The position numbers were made by a program, and so were the translations under genes. From a virus (Duplodnaviria > Caudoviricetes), in IMG/VR virus record IMGVR_UViG_3300044984_000411, positions 307-64,306 of that record: a stretch of 64,000 nucleotides of DNA; one strand, given 5' to 3'. Of this stretch, positions 8,962 through 18,814 are shown one piece after another. Every line of letters starts with the position of its first letter. The stretch's first letter is position 1. A model generated the notes under the pieces. That model had not been told where the DNA came from. It ran no database searches and worked only from the letters and a program-made list of their open reading frames with translations.

Positions 8962-9958
8962 TGACCTGTGCCTTAATAGAATCTTGCAAGTCTAGGTCCT
9001 CACGAACACGATTTACAAATGCTTCTCTACCCTGCAGCTTAGAGCCATCTGGTAGGATGTACCAGGCTCCTGTGCGACTTACAATACCCATCATTTCTGC
9101 AGTATCCACGAGGTCACCAATGCTATCAACACCAACGTCCCCACGGAAATAAAAATCGTACTCCCCAGACTGGAAGGCTGGCGATGTCTTGGAGAATTGG
9201 ACTTCCCAACGAACTTTGCGTCCAACTTTTTCCTCAATGAGTTTATCTCCAACAGCAATCTTTCCTTTAATAGCCTGATTGTCTGATTCGGAACTGAATA
9301 GTTTGATAACCGTCGATGAATAAAACTTAGTAGCTTGACCACCGCTAGGCTGCTGAGAAGTATACATAGCACTAATATTATTCCTAGACTGAGAAATAAG
9401 AACAAGCATAGTAGGCTTAACTTTGTTATTAGCATAGTTGAGCATCTTCCAAGCGTTGCTAAAGTCTCTTGACTCAGCACCGATTTGCTTAGTGTTTTCA
9501 AGTTCCTTAAGTTCATCTGTTCCCTTTTCAAAGTAGATTGCTGGTAGCAATGATGTGATTGAGTCAATTACAATCATGTCTACACCTGCATTCATTAGAG
9601 CAGTGCCAACGTCCACCATCTCATTGATAGTACGAGCTTGTGACACAATTAGGTTGTCTGTGTCTACCCCAAGTTTCTTAGCCCACTCTTCTGAGTAAGA
9701 CATCTCGGCATCAATCCAGGCACATAGCTTTCCCTCTTCTTGAGCCAAAGCAATCATCTGGAGGCAGAGAGACGACTTTGCAGACGACTTGCTGCCCCAG
9801 ATAAGTACCTGGCGACCATAAGGGAGTCCACCATTAAGAGCACGATTAAGACCATAGCTAGGTGTCTTCTGAAATGTTGTGGTAAACCCTACGCCATTGC
9901 TAAGACGCTTTCTAATCTTTGGGTCTAGCAAAGCTAGAGCCTCTTCCATAGTTGTCAT
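8948..9958 (-). CDS. recA: RecA/UvsX-like recombinase
   Basis: LNRALNGGLPYGR, variant P-loop GSKSSAKS, IDAE, VIDSI, SGGQATKFYSS, GAWY. Confidence 0.92.
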   Translation of the reverse strand: MTTMEEALALLDPKIRKRLSNGVGFTTTFQKTPSYGLNRALNGGLPYGRQVLIWGSKSSAKSSLCLQMIALAQEEGKLCAWIDAEMSYSEEWAKKLGVDTDNLIVSQARTINEMVDVGTALMNAGVDMIVIDSITSLLPAIYFEKGTDELKELENTKQIGAESRDFSNAWKMLNYANNKVKPTMLVLISQSRNNISAMYTSQQPSGGQATKFYSSTVIKLFSSESDNQAIKGKIAVGDKLIEEKVGRKVRWEVQFSKTSPAFQSGEYDFYFRGDVGVDSIGDLVDTAEMMGIVSRTGAWYILPDGSKLQGREAFVNRVREDLDLQDSIKAQVNGEV

Positions 9959-10293
9959 TAAAACTTTACCCCATGCTTCTGTGGTCGTGACTTATTAAAA
10001 GCAGTCTTCTTTTCAAATGCTTCATCAAGTGATACGTTTGTATATTCGTGTTCAAGCAATCCTGCATAGAGGTCAAGTGTGCGGATAAGAATATCTGCCA
10101 CTTCGTCTGCTACTGCTTCTGGACCGTGTGACTTACGGATAGCCTCCATGACCTCTGTAGCTTCTGATACAATCATCATTAGCTGCTTGGTCATAAAGAT
10201 GTCTACCTGCTCTTGCGGAGCATCCTTAATCACATCCCAGAAACCTTTTTCTACTGCAACCTCGTGCAGGTGTTGCGATACTTCATCAAACAT
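9958..10293 (-). CDS. MazG-like NTP pyrophosphohydrolase
   Basis: SEATEVMEAIRK...DEVADILIR (ExxE...EVAD). Confidence 0.8.
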   Translation of the reverse strand: MFDEVSQHLHEVAVEKGFWDVIKDAPQEQVDIFMTKQLMMIVSEATEVMEAIRKSHGPEAVADEVADILIRTLDLYAGLLEHEYTNVSLDEAFEKKTAFNKSRPQKHGVKF

Positions 10294-13200
10294 TAAATAC
10301 ATCCTCCATAATTGTTGTTCCGTCTTTAGTTTTACCCAAAGAGAATTTGTATACGTTTCCCTCGTCAATCTTCATGTAAGCCTTGGAGAAAGCCGTAGGG
10401 AATACTGTAACGCTGTGTAGCGTCCGTGTAGCGTCTGCTAGCACTAGGGAAGCCATCTTCTTACCTGTCTTGGTAATTCGTGGCTTGAATGATACCACAA
10501 AAAGTTCGTCCTCTTTGTATGGCAGCATACGGAAGTTAAGAATCTTAATCAATCCTGTTTGGTTTGCCTTGATTTCGTCTGCTGGAATTGCTGTAACAAT
10601 CCTGTTATCGCTTGCCAGCAAGATGTAAGTACGACCTGCCTCGATAGTTGACTGCTCTTCATCGAAGATACCAACACTACCAGTCTTATCTAGAATCTCA
10701 ACTCGTGACCAACCTTTGCCACGCTTGATACCCTTGACCATGCCCATTAGAATAAACGAACCTTTTTCCTCATACTCTTCTACGTCATTGATAAATGCGT
10801 GATAGTGCTGTGGAATTGATACGTTAAACTCTGGTAGGTTTAGGTATTCGTAAAGATTCTCTTTAACTTCTTCATCATTCCTAGGATTATCATCAAAAGT
10901 TGCAGCACCAATAAGACGAAGAGCTTGCAGGGCACGGCTATTAACACCATTGCCCTTGCCAAAACTAAACTCCTCAAGTTGTTTGTAGGAGCTAAAAGGG
11001 CGAGCAGCAATATACTTAGAAGCAATGTTGTCAGAAATGTATTTGATTGCTGAAAGTCCAAAGCGGATTCCCTTTCCTTCGATTGTAAAGTCAATGTCTG
11101 AGTCGTTGATGTGTGGTAGGCGGATAGGAATACCCATACGCTTTGCTTCGATTAGGTACTCTGTGCGAGCATCCTTATCACTTTCGTTCTTAAGCAATGA
11201 ATACATAAACTCAATTGGATAGTGATACTTCAACCATGCTGTCCAGTATGATAGCGTTGAGTATGCTACAGCGTGAGACTTGTTGAATGAGTACCCTGCG
11301 TGAGCCTCAAAGTCGTGCCACAAGTCTTCTGCAACGTTTGGAGATAGGAAGCGTGAAGCACCCTCAACAAACTTGTCTTGGAACTGCTTGAACTCTTTAG
11401 CATCCTTCTTCTTACCAATAATCTTGCGAACCTTGTCAGCCTCAGCCATTGTCATACCGCCAAGTTCAGTACAGGCAAGCATAACCTGTTCCTGATACAG
11501 AATGCATCCGTAGGTCTCTTCGGTAAACTTCTTCATGTTAACGTGCTTGTAGTCTAGGTTCTGCTTACCGTGCTTACGAGCAATGTAATCTTTACCAATG
11601 GTGTTCATAGCACCTGGGCGAACTAGAGCGTTGGATGCAGCAAGTTCGTTGAAGTTTTTGACACCCATTTTAACTAGCAAGTTGGTATATGGTGTAGCTT
11701 CACACTGGAACACGCCCTTAGTAAAACCGTCAGACAGCATAGCATAAACATTCTTGTCTTCCATATCAATCTTGTGTAAGTCAATCTTATCGTTGGTACG
11801 CTCCTCAACAATCTTGAGGGTGTCTTGAATAACAGATAGGGTCTTTAGACCTAGAGCATCAATCTTGATTAGACCAATACGCTCTGCTTCTTCCATGTCT
11901 ACCGCCACCACAGGGATACGCTCCTTATTGCCAGGACTAGTGCGTGTTTCTAGTGGTGCGAACTTAAAGATAGGCTCCTTGGACGTTACAACACCTGCAG
12001 CGTGGATACCAGTACCACGAATACGACCACGCAACTGCTCGCCATACTCTTCAATCTCTGGATATTTGTCACGGAACTCTGCAGTTGACTTAGATGTCAG
12101 ATACTCGTCCCAGTCGTCTACAAGTTTAAGTACCTTGTTAACGTCAGGTAGTGGAATGTTTAGAACACGAGCCACGTCACGAACGATACCCTTGCCCTTG
12201 AATTCAAGGAATGTTGCGATGGACGCAACGTGACGGTATTGACGAACTAGGTAGTCCTTAACTTCTTCACGGCGTGAGTCTTGGATATCTGTATCAATAT
12301 CTGGGAAGTCATTACGCTCTGGGTTAATGAAACGGAAAAACAGAAGACCATGCTGGATAGGGTCAACGTCTGTGATACCAAGAGAGTAGCAAAGCAGCGA
12401 ACCTGCAGCAGAACCACGTCCTGGTCCCACCATGATATCTTCTTTCTTAGCCCAGTTAATCATATTACGAACAACTAGAAAGTAAGGTCCAAACTTCTTG
12501 TCTTTGATAACAGAAAGCTCTTCATTAAGTCTGTCCAGATATTCTTTGTTGGTGTGTAGCCCACGCTTAGTAAGACCCTCAATGGCTAGTTCATATAGCT
12601 CTTGGTCTGGGTTAACATACTGTGCTGGAAGCAAATCTAGATTATCTTGAATCTCATAGTCTTCAATCTGGTCTGCAATGTCCTTGCTGTTCTGGTACAT
12701 ATCCTCACGGTCAATACCCTGAGCAAGCATAGCGTTACGCATCTCTTCGTCAGACAGTAGGTGAATTTCGAAGTCCTTAAACGACATCTGACGGTCTGCA
12801 CCATACAGGTAGTCTAGCTTATCCATAAGGTTGTCGTACTTCTGAGTGCCAGCGAAAGTTACTTCTTTCTCAGTTTTATTAGAGTATGAGTTTAGAATAA
12901 GCTTAAGTTCTTGGATATCACGCTGTGACTTGTCTGCGTGGTGGCAGTCTGGAGTTACGACAGGCTTAATTCCAAATTCATCTGCAAGGTCAAGCAGCAT
13001 CTTATTTACTTCTGCAGGGTTGTGTGGCATTACTTCGATGTAGTAGTCGTCACCAAAAGTATCCTTAGCCCACTTGATGTGCTCCTTAGCTACCGCCAGG
13101 TTGTCTGCTTCGATAGCCTTGCACAAGAATCCTGAAAGACATCCAGAAGTAATGACTAGACCTTCTTTGTACTGCTCTAGAATGTTCCAGTCCATACGAG

Positions 13201-13561
13201 GCTTCTTAAAGAAACCCTCTGTCCAAGCAAGCTCATTAAGCTTGTTAAGGTTCTCTAGACCTACTTTGTTCTTAGCAAGAATAACAAGGTGGTTGTAGTT
13301 TAGGTTTAGTAGGTCTGTCTTGTCCTTTTCTTCGTGGTCGAAGCGGTCTTTACAGATGTACCCTTCGACTCCAAGGATTGGCTTGATACCTGCTGCTTTG
13401 GCAGCACGATACATCTCACGGTGACCAGATAGAGAACCGTGGTCTGTGATTGAGATAGAAGTCATACCCACAGATACAGCACGGTCAACGTACTCTTGTG
13501 GTGTAGCAATGCCATCAAATAGGCTGTAGTGTGTGTGAACGTGAAGTGGAGCGTAGCTCAT
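10286..13561 (-). CDS. dnaE: DNA polymerase III alpha subunit (family C)
   Basis: PHP domain HVHTHYS/TDHG, GPGRGSAAGSL, FPDIDTD catalytic motif, KIDALGL, YSFNKSH. No intein seen. Confidence 0.95.
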   Translation of the reverse strand: MSYAPLHVHTHYSLFDGIATPQEYVDRAVSVGMTSISITDHGSLSGHREMYRAAKAAGIKPILGVEGYICKDRFDHEEKDKTDLLNLNYNHLVILAKNKVGLENLNKLNELAWTEGFFKKPRMDWNILEQYKEGLVITSGCLSGFLCKAIEADNLAVAKEHIKWAKDTFGDDYYIEVMPHNPAEVNKMLLDLADEFGIKPVVTPDCHHADKSQRDIQELKLILNSYSNKTEKEVTFAGTQKYDNLMDKLDYLYGADRQMSFKDFEIHLLSDEEMRNAMLAQGIDREDMYQNSKDIADQIEDYEIQDNLDLLPAQYVNPDQELYELAIEGLTKRGLHTNKEYLDRLNEELSVIKDKKFGPYFLVVRNMINWAKKEDIMVGPGRGSAAGSLLCYSLGITDVDPIQHGLLFFRFINPERNDFPDIDTDIQDSRREEVKDYLVRQYRHVASIATFLEFKGKGIVRDVARVLNIPLPDVNKVLKLVDDWDEYLTSKSTAEFRDKYPEIEEYGEQLRGRIRGTGIHAAGVVTSKEPIFKFAPLETRTSPGNKERIPVVAVDMEEAERIGLIKIDALGLKTLSVIQDTLKIVEERTNDKIDLHKIDMEDKNVYAMLSDGFTKGVFQCEATPYTNLLVKMGVKNFNELAASNALVRPGAMNTIGKDYIARKHGKQNLDYKHVNMKKFTEETYGCILYQEQVMLACTELGGMTMAEADKVRKIIGKKKDAKEFKQFQDKFVEGASRFLSPNVAEDLWHDFEAHAGYSFNKSHAVAYSTLSYWTAWLKYHYPIEFMYSLLKNESDKDARTEYLIEAKRMGIPIRLPHINDSDIDFTIEGKGIRFGLSAIKYISDNIASKYIAARPFSSYKQLEEFSFGKGNGVNSRALQALRLIGAATFDDNPRNDEEVKENLYEYLNLPEFNVSIPQHYHAFINDVEEYEEKGSFILMGMVKGIKRGKGWSRVEILDKTGSVGIFDEEQSTIEAGRTYILLASDNRIVTAIPADEIKANQTGLIKILNFRMLPYKEDELFVVSFKPRITKTGKKMASLVLADATRTLHSVTVFPTAFSKAYMKIDEGNVYKFSLGKTKDGTTIMEDVFNV

Positions 13562-13625
13562 TATTTCCTTCGTTAGTAATAAAAGTTTGTGTGGGGCAGT
13601 TTGTAGAGATGCCCAGCTCTATGTT

Positions 13626-14291
13626 TTACCAGTCGGTGTTGCTTGAAGTTACCGAAGCGGTCTGACCAAAGCCGAAGTAGAAATTCTCCTGCTCTGCGTA
13701 AGGAATTTCACGGACAACCTTCTCAAGGTCGAATGCTTCAACCTCTCCCCAGGTGTATGGCTCTGAGTCTGGCTTGGTTGGAAGCAAGGTGTAACTGGTC
13801 TCAGTTCCCTGACCATTACGCTTAATTTTCCACTCAAGGTTTGAAATAGAACCAGTCTCTAGAGCATACTCACGAATGGTGTTAAATGCTGACTGCTTGC
13901 TGATACCCTGTGACCAAACAGCCACATAAGGTGCTTCTGTGCTGTCGTCAATAATAACGTTGCAATAGAAGCGGAGGCGTGAACGCCAACCTGACTTTGG
14001 CTCCTTGCGAGCCATCTCACAACCGTAGCAACGACCCTCTGAGTCAATGGTACAGGCTGCCTTAAGCTTGTAATCCTTTGGATTAGTGTGTTCTGCGATT
14101 ACTACTGAAAGTCCACGACCCTCGTTGTAGTTCGCTGATTCGCTGTCTAGCTCTTCAACAAAACGAATCTTGGCAGACTGTCCATCGGCTAGTTTTACCC
14201 AGCGAATCTTCTGTCCACCGTTTGCAGTGCTGTCATATTTTGGCTTGTCAACTAGTGCGTTGATGTCTTTTAGCCCTCTAATTACGCTCAT
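13626..14291 (-). CDS. Single-stranded DNA-binding protein (phage gp32-like)
   Basis: Lies between primase and polymerase. KIRF, H/C Zn ligands, KIKRNGQGTETSY, acidic/aromatic C-terminus. Confidence 0.65.
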   Translation of the reverse strand: MSVIRGLKDINALVDKPKYDSTANGGQKIRWVKLADGQSAKIRFVEELDSESANYNEGRGLSVVIAEHTNPKDYKLKAACTIDSEGRCYGCEMARKEPKSGWRSRLRFYCNVIIDDSTEAPYVAVWSQGISKQSAFNTIREYALETGSISNLEWKIKRNGQGTETSYTLLPTKPDSEPYTWGEVEAFDLEKVVREIPYAEQENFYFGFGQTASVTSSNTDW

Positions 14292-14320
14292 AATATTCTC
14301 CTTATGTTTTTAGCGGATTA

Positions 14321-15262
14321 CTAGTTTAGCATACCAGCGATAGTATTGTCAAATGATTCTTCAAGATTCTTGATTGCTTCATCTGACATATCGCCAATAT
14401 CCTTATATTGTTTATCTAATTTGATAACGCTAACACGACTGCCAAGTCTTTCAATAAGCTTGTCTTTCATGTTACCGCCAGCTTCATCGTTATCTGCAAT
14501 GACATATATTTCATTGAAATACTTTTGAAGTAGGTCTGTTTGTATCTTGGATACATTTGCTCCAAGAGTTGCTACAGCAGGAAAGCCACACTGGTCAAGT
14601 CGAATAGCATCAAATGATGATTCAACTACATAGACTTTGCTAGATGCTTTTACTCTGTGTAGATTAAATAGGACTTTACTCTTTGGTAGTCCTGGTGTAT
14701 TCTTAAAGTCTTTACCCTCTACGGACCTGCCCACAAACCCCACTGAAACGCCTTCAGGGGACGCTACAGGGATTGTAACCATGTCTTGCTTCTCACTATA
14801 CCCCAAGTCGAATTTGCGGATTGAAGCCTCGTTTATGAGCCTTCCAGAGTAGTATCGCAATGCTCTAGGAGAGTCTAGTGCTTGCTGGTTTAGTCTCTTA
14901 ATCTGCAATTCATCGTATGGTGTATAGTCTGGTTTTACTACTAATGCTTGATTAATCTGATAAGAAAGGTCAGTCTCTGTTTCTTTGGACTTAATAAAAC
15001 GTACCGCCTCAAAGTAGGTACGGCTAGAAGTATGCATAACAAAAGCAGTTAGGTCACAAACGTGCTGACAGGAGAAGCAAAAGAAAAAGCCAGAACGCTT
15101 GTCAATTTCTCCAGCAGGTGAGCGATGGTTATTGTGGAAAGGGCAGAATATAATGTAGTCTGAATCTACTTCTGATTCGACGTTGATTCCTGACCCTGCA
15201 AGGATTCGCCTAATTTGTTCTGGCGTGTATACGCTACTGTTCCGTCTATTCCTGTAATCCAT
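14321..15262 (-). CDS. dnaG: DNA primase (CHC2 zinc finger plus TOPRIM)
   Basis: CPFH...CFSC, VVESSFDA, ADNDEAG, KDIGD. Confidence 0.9.
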   Translation of the reverse strand: MDYRNRRNSSVYTPEQIRRILAGSGINVESEVDSDYIIFCPFHNNHRSPAGEIDKRSGFFFCFSCQHVCDLTAFVMHTSSRTYFEAVRFIKSKETETDLSYQINQALVVKPDYTPYDELQIKRLNQQALDSPRALRYYSGRLINEASIRKFDLGYSEKQDMVTIPVASPEGVSVGFVGRSVEGKDFKNTPGLPKSKVLFNLHRVKASSKVYVVESSFDAIRLDQCGFPAVATLGANVSKIQTDLLQKYFNEIYVIADNDEAGGNMKDKLIERLGSRVSVIKLDKQYKDIGDMSDEAIKNLEESFDNTIAGMLN

Positions 15263-15507
15263 TCGCTCTTTCTTCTTCCTACATATGTTCCGTACATTGA
15301 TAATTGAAATGTAAAATATTCTGTTTTGCTATTAAATTCTATCGTAAAATCTGGGTCAATGTCAAGCCTTGGCACATATCCAGATAGACGCATTTCTGCG
15401 GTGACTAACCTAATATATTCAGTTTTAAGTCTACCGATAGTTGCTTCATCGTGGATTTGACCATCCAAGAAAAAATGTCTAATTGGTTTATGGTGTATGT
15501 TGCCCAT
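15166..15507 (-). CDS. Hypothetical protein
   Basis: 113-aa ORF, apparently leaderless (TATAAT 5 nt upstream of ATG). Confidence 0.65.
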   Translation of the reverse strand: MGNIHHKPIRHFFLDGQIHDEATIGRLKTEYIRLVTAEMRLSGYVPRLDIDPDFTIEFNSKTEYFTFQLSMYGTYVGRRKSEWITGIDGTVAYTRQNKLGESLQGQESTSNQK

Positions 15508-15519
15508 ACTCCATTATAA

Positions 15520-16740
15520 CTAGTTTTCTTCAAAGTCCTTGTATCGGTAGTAGCCCTTGTCAAAATCGGCTTGAACAATGAATTCACCCATAAAACCGTT
15601 ACGGTTCTTACGGAATACACACTCAATGATGTCAGAGTTGGTGGCACGACCTAGAGCAAGTACCCAGTCAGCATCGTATGCAATCTGACGTGACCATGCA
15701 GTCTGTCCAAGTGTAGGAACAGTATCAAGCTTATTAACGTCGTCAGGTGTTGCAGACGAAATAGCAATGATAGGCATCTCTTCGCTAATAGCCATGAGCT
15801 TTAGTTCACGAGATAAGTTCTTCATGCGTACCGTTTCGTTATCCGACTTCTGGTTAGGTGACATAAGTTGTAGGTAGTCTACGATAACTAGGTCTGGCTT
15901 ATATTGGTCAATCTTACCACGAATAACAGATGGTGTAACTTCACCACCAGAATCATTAGAGATAATGTGAAACTCTGGCTTCCCAGCAAGCTCCTTCTTG
16001 TGCCAACGCTTTAGGTCTTCAATCTCAACCTGACCATTGGACATCTTTCTGTGTGACCACAGACCCTCACCCATGATTGTAAATACACGGTTACGAACTT
16101 CTGTCTCCGACATTTCTAGAGAGATGATTAGTGGCGACTTGCCTTGTTTCCATGCTTGTACTGCAAAGTACAGAGCCATCCACGACTTACCGATACCTGG
16201 GTAGGCTAGGAACACTCCTAGCTGACCTGGAGTAATGCCAGCAGGTAGATAGTTGTCAAAGCCAGCCAAGCCAGTCTTGATGCCAATAGAGCCTAGTGCC
16301 TGTTGCTTTGCTAGATTCTCAAAGTATAGAACTGCTGAGTCAAGGTCTGTTGCGTCAATGTCACGAATGACCGCTGTGTTCTTCTTTAGCTCAGAGGTCT
16401 TTGTGATTAGGTCTTCTAATGCCTTGGTTCCCTGACCAGCCTGTACTTCTGCAGCAGTTGAGCGTAGGACATCTTTAAGGCTGTCGTTTAGAAACTCTGC
16501 CTGTAGTTCTTCTAGGTGATATTTGGTAGCACCAATGCCATCAACAGGAATAAAGTCACGAAACTTTTCTATGACCAATGAAGTTGGTGGGACAGTTCCA
16601 TTTGCTTCAGAGTAGTTGCGAATAAATGTCCAGATATCAGTATGAGTTCTAAGAATGTTCTCTACGTTTGCCTGTAGTAGTACGTGTACTTGCTTGTCTT
16701 GTAGTACCGCTGAAATTAGCTTTGATTCTGTATTAGTCAT
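15520..16740 (-). CDS. dnaB: Replicative DnaB-like helicase
   Basis: AYPGIGKS, SLEMS, IVDYLQLM, IAYDADWV, KNRNG. Confidence 0.92.
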   Translation of the reverse strand: MTNTESKLISAVLQDKQVHVLLQANVENILRTHTDIWTFIRNYSEANGTVPPTSLVIEKFRDFIPVDGIGATKYHLEELQAEFLNDSLKDVLRSTAAEVQAGQGTKALEDLITKTSELKKNTAVIRDIDATDLDSAVLYFENLAKQQALGSIGIKTGLAGFDNYLPAGITPGQLGVFLAYPGIGKSWMALYFAVQAWKQGKSPLIISLEMSETEVRNRVFTIMGEGLWSHRKMSNGQVEIEDLKRWHKKELAGKPEFHIISNDSGGEVTPSVIRGKIDQYKPDLVIVDYLQLMSPNQKSDNETVRMKNLSRELKLMAISEEMPIIAISSATPDDVNKLDTVPTLGQTAWSRQIAYDADWVLALGRATNSDIIECVFRKNRNGFMGEFIVQADFDKGYYRYKDFEEN

Positions 16741-17041
16741 TTAACCACTCCTTGGCTTTCGCCCTACGTTCTGCTCTTTCTTTCATGTCTTGCTGTAGTT
16801 GCTGTCTTGCATCTATAATTTTGTCTGCATAGTTAGCAAAGTATTTCCAGGTTGGAGTCTGGCTAACTGAAAAGTAATACTCTAACAGGTCATAGCACTC
16901 TGGTAGACCATAGGATTCAATCAGAGCGTCTGCAGCCCACTGCTCAACGTTAAGGTTGAGTGTTACTCGTTCTTCATAGTGTTTATTGTGAAGCTTTGCG
17001 TAACGAGAAAGCAAAGCCATTCGGTCTTTGCGTTCAGCCAT
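16733..17041 (-). CDS. Hypothetical protein (possible helicase partner)
   Basis: Its 3' end overlaps the dnaB start. Function inferred only from position. Confidence 0.6.
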   Translation of the reverse strand: MAERKDRMALLSRYAKLHNKHYEERVTLNLNVEQWAADALIESYGLPECYDLLEYYFSVSQTPTWKYFANYADKIIDARQQLQQDMKERAERRAKAKEWLND

Positions 17042-17250
17042 TATTTACCGTCAGTCTCTGACTGTGCTTCTGCTACCTTTTCTGTGAGCTTCTTCTCTAC
17101 AAATCCGTAGACACGCTCAAATGCGTCATTAGTGTTTTCACCATCACGCTTGTTATCAGTTACGCTAATGTCAATGCGTAGCGACTGGAAGTTGCCCAGG
17201 TTAAGCGTATAGCCTAGACCTACTGTTACTTTAGTTTCTTCGTTGTTCAT
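17041..17250 (-). CDS. Hypothetical phage protein
   Basis: 69 aa with a TLNLGNFQSLRID motif, coupled to the next gene. Confidence 0.65.
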   Translation of the reverse strand: MNNEETKVTVGLGYTLNLGNFQSLRIDISVTDNKRDGENTNDAFERVYGFVEKKLTEKVAEAQSETDGK

Positions 17251-17267
17251 ACCCTACTGCTCTCTCG

Positions 17268-17789
17268 TTAAATTTCTTCGTTCCAAACAGGAATGAAGCG
17301 ACCATCTTCGGTCCTTGTATAAGTAAGTATACCATCACCCATACGCCTTGTCAACTCCTGTTTAGTGGGAGTTATATCATTGGTAATCAGCTTATCTTTG
17401 CGTGGTTGTCCAATGTGGTAGGTAGCTAGTATATCACGAATTTCGTGAACCTGCAACTCAGAGTAATAGCTTCTGACTTGCCATCCAGTTGCCCCACCTT
17501 TTTGGCTTCCTGTTGGATGTGGAATAATACCACGTTTCATTAGACTTGGCATATACTTCTTATGTCGGTTTACTAGTATTGCTGTTTCCCCAACTGTATA
17601 GGCTTTCTTTCGATTGCGTTTAAAGTCTGTAACCAGACAGCTTTCAAGCCTATCTTTATTTATGTTATAAACTGACATAATTCCATTAGAACGGTTTAGA
17701 TGATGTATTCTCACTAGGTCTCCGTTTAAAAACCAAACCTTTTTGCTACCTGGAATTACTGGAGCATTGTTATATGCCTCTCTGTCCAT
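17268..17789 (-). CDS. MerR-like HTH DNA-binding protein
   Basis: YTVGETAILVNRH...RGIIP...RSYYSE. Confidence 0.6.
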   Translation of the reverse strand: MDREAYNNAPVIPGSKKVWFLNGDLVRIHHLNRSNGIMSVYNINKDRLESCLVTDFKRNRKKAYTVGETAILVNRHKKYMPSLMKRGIIPHPTGSQKGGATGWQVRSYYSELQVHEIRDILATYHIGQPRKDKLITNDITPTKQELTRRMGDGILTYTRTEDGRFIPVWNEEI

Positions 17790-17799
17790 TTTGGCAGCC

Positions 17800-18267
17800 T
17801 TAGTTTACACCAGCAGGAGCACCAACAGCAATAATGTTAATATACACACCAGTGTTTTTTGCTTCTGAATTAAACACTAGTACGCCAGTAACTTGCGATG
17901 TAGTTACATTTTGAATAATAACAGATACTGCAAGTGTTTTTCCCTTAATTCCAGCACCAATAACTTGTGGGGTGGCAGTAACAATTGGAACATATCTAAA
18001 GGTTCTTCCAAACTCAAAGATAAAAGGCTTAACATCTGTAGTTTTGCTACTGTTATCTGTTGTTACCAGTGTTCTTCCAGTCACAATGGATAGGTTTGAC
18101 GTAAGAAATGACTGTGTTGGCTTGTTTGTATTGTCACCTTTTGGAATTCTAGACTGTGTTAGTTTTGTTCCAAGGGTTCCGTTAAGGCTGTTAAGCTCTT
18201 TAACAATTTGGCTAATGTAGTTTACGTCTATAGCTTGACCAATTGACGGCTCGTTAATGATTCCCAT
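17800..18267 (-). CDS. Virion tail-associated protein (gp53/H-type lectin-like C-terminus)
   Basis: FGRTFRYVPIVTAT...INIIAVG beta pattern. Confidence 0.55.
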   Translation of the reverse strand: MGIINEPSIGQAIDVNYISQIVKELNSLNGTLGTKLTQSRIPKGDNTNKPTQSFLTSNLSIVTGRTLVTTDNSSKTTDVKPFIFEFGRTFRYVPIVTATPQVIGAGIKGKTLAVSVIIQNVTTSQVTGVLVFNSEAKNTGVYINIIAVGAPAGVN

Positions 18268-18286
18268 TGTTTAATTATACCATACC

Positions 18287-18814
18287 CTAGATTTCTCCGC
18301 CATCAATATTTGGTGAAGAATATGTTGTGTCTATTACAGATACATTTGCCACTTCCATAAAAGAATTTACCTCTTTTTCTTGTGTTGCAAGTTGAATAGA
18401 AAAATATCCAGATGTTGCTTTTTGACCAGTACCACCTTCATATGGAATTGTTACAAAATAATTAGTTGCAGAAACTGTTGCAACATAAAAATAATCTGCA
18501 TCATTAAACAATGGGTCTGGATACTCCCATTTAACAAAAATGTCAAATTTTGAGTTTTTCAAAACGTCTCCACCAAGAGCATCCCACTCTAAGTTAATTG
18601 AAAGACTGTCTACCGAGACCGTTGCTTTAGCTGTAGCTGCCCCAGAGTAGTACTCAAAGTTTGACGCTGTGTTTCCATCTAAATCTTTAATGTCTGACCA
18701 GGCAGAAACAGCAGCTCCATCTGGAGACTTTATTCTATATCTAAAATAAAATTTACCATCTTTTTTTGGAAGTGGTAAAAACTCTGGTGGGATAACGACT
18801 TTTTGGATAGCCAC
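18287..18814 (-). CDS. Putative tail protein (FN3-like)
   Basis: FRYRI...SAWS, beta-rich, C-terminal IDGGEI. Confidence 0.55.
   Translation of the reverse strand: MAIQKVVIPPEFLPLPKKDGKFYFRYRIKSPDGAAVSAWSDIKDLDGNTASNFEYYSGAATAKATVSVDSLSINLEWDALGGDVLKNSKFDIFVKWEYPDPLFNDADYFYVATVSATNYFVTIPYEGGTGQKATSGYFSIQLATQEKEVNSFMEVANVSVIDTTYSSPNIDGGEI

Noticed and set aside
10286-13561. Intein or intron in dnaE (also checked terL, nrdJ, dnaB, recA)
   Set aside because: Lengths are normal, frames are uninterrupted, and no intein splice or LAGLIDADG motifs were seen.
13590-13620. GGGCA..TGCCC hairpin between ssb and dnaE as a terminator
   Set aside because: The stem is short, the loop is long, and the U-tract is not adjacent, so it is too weak to call.
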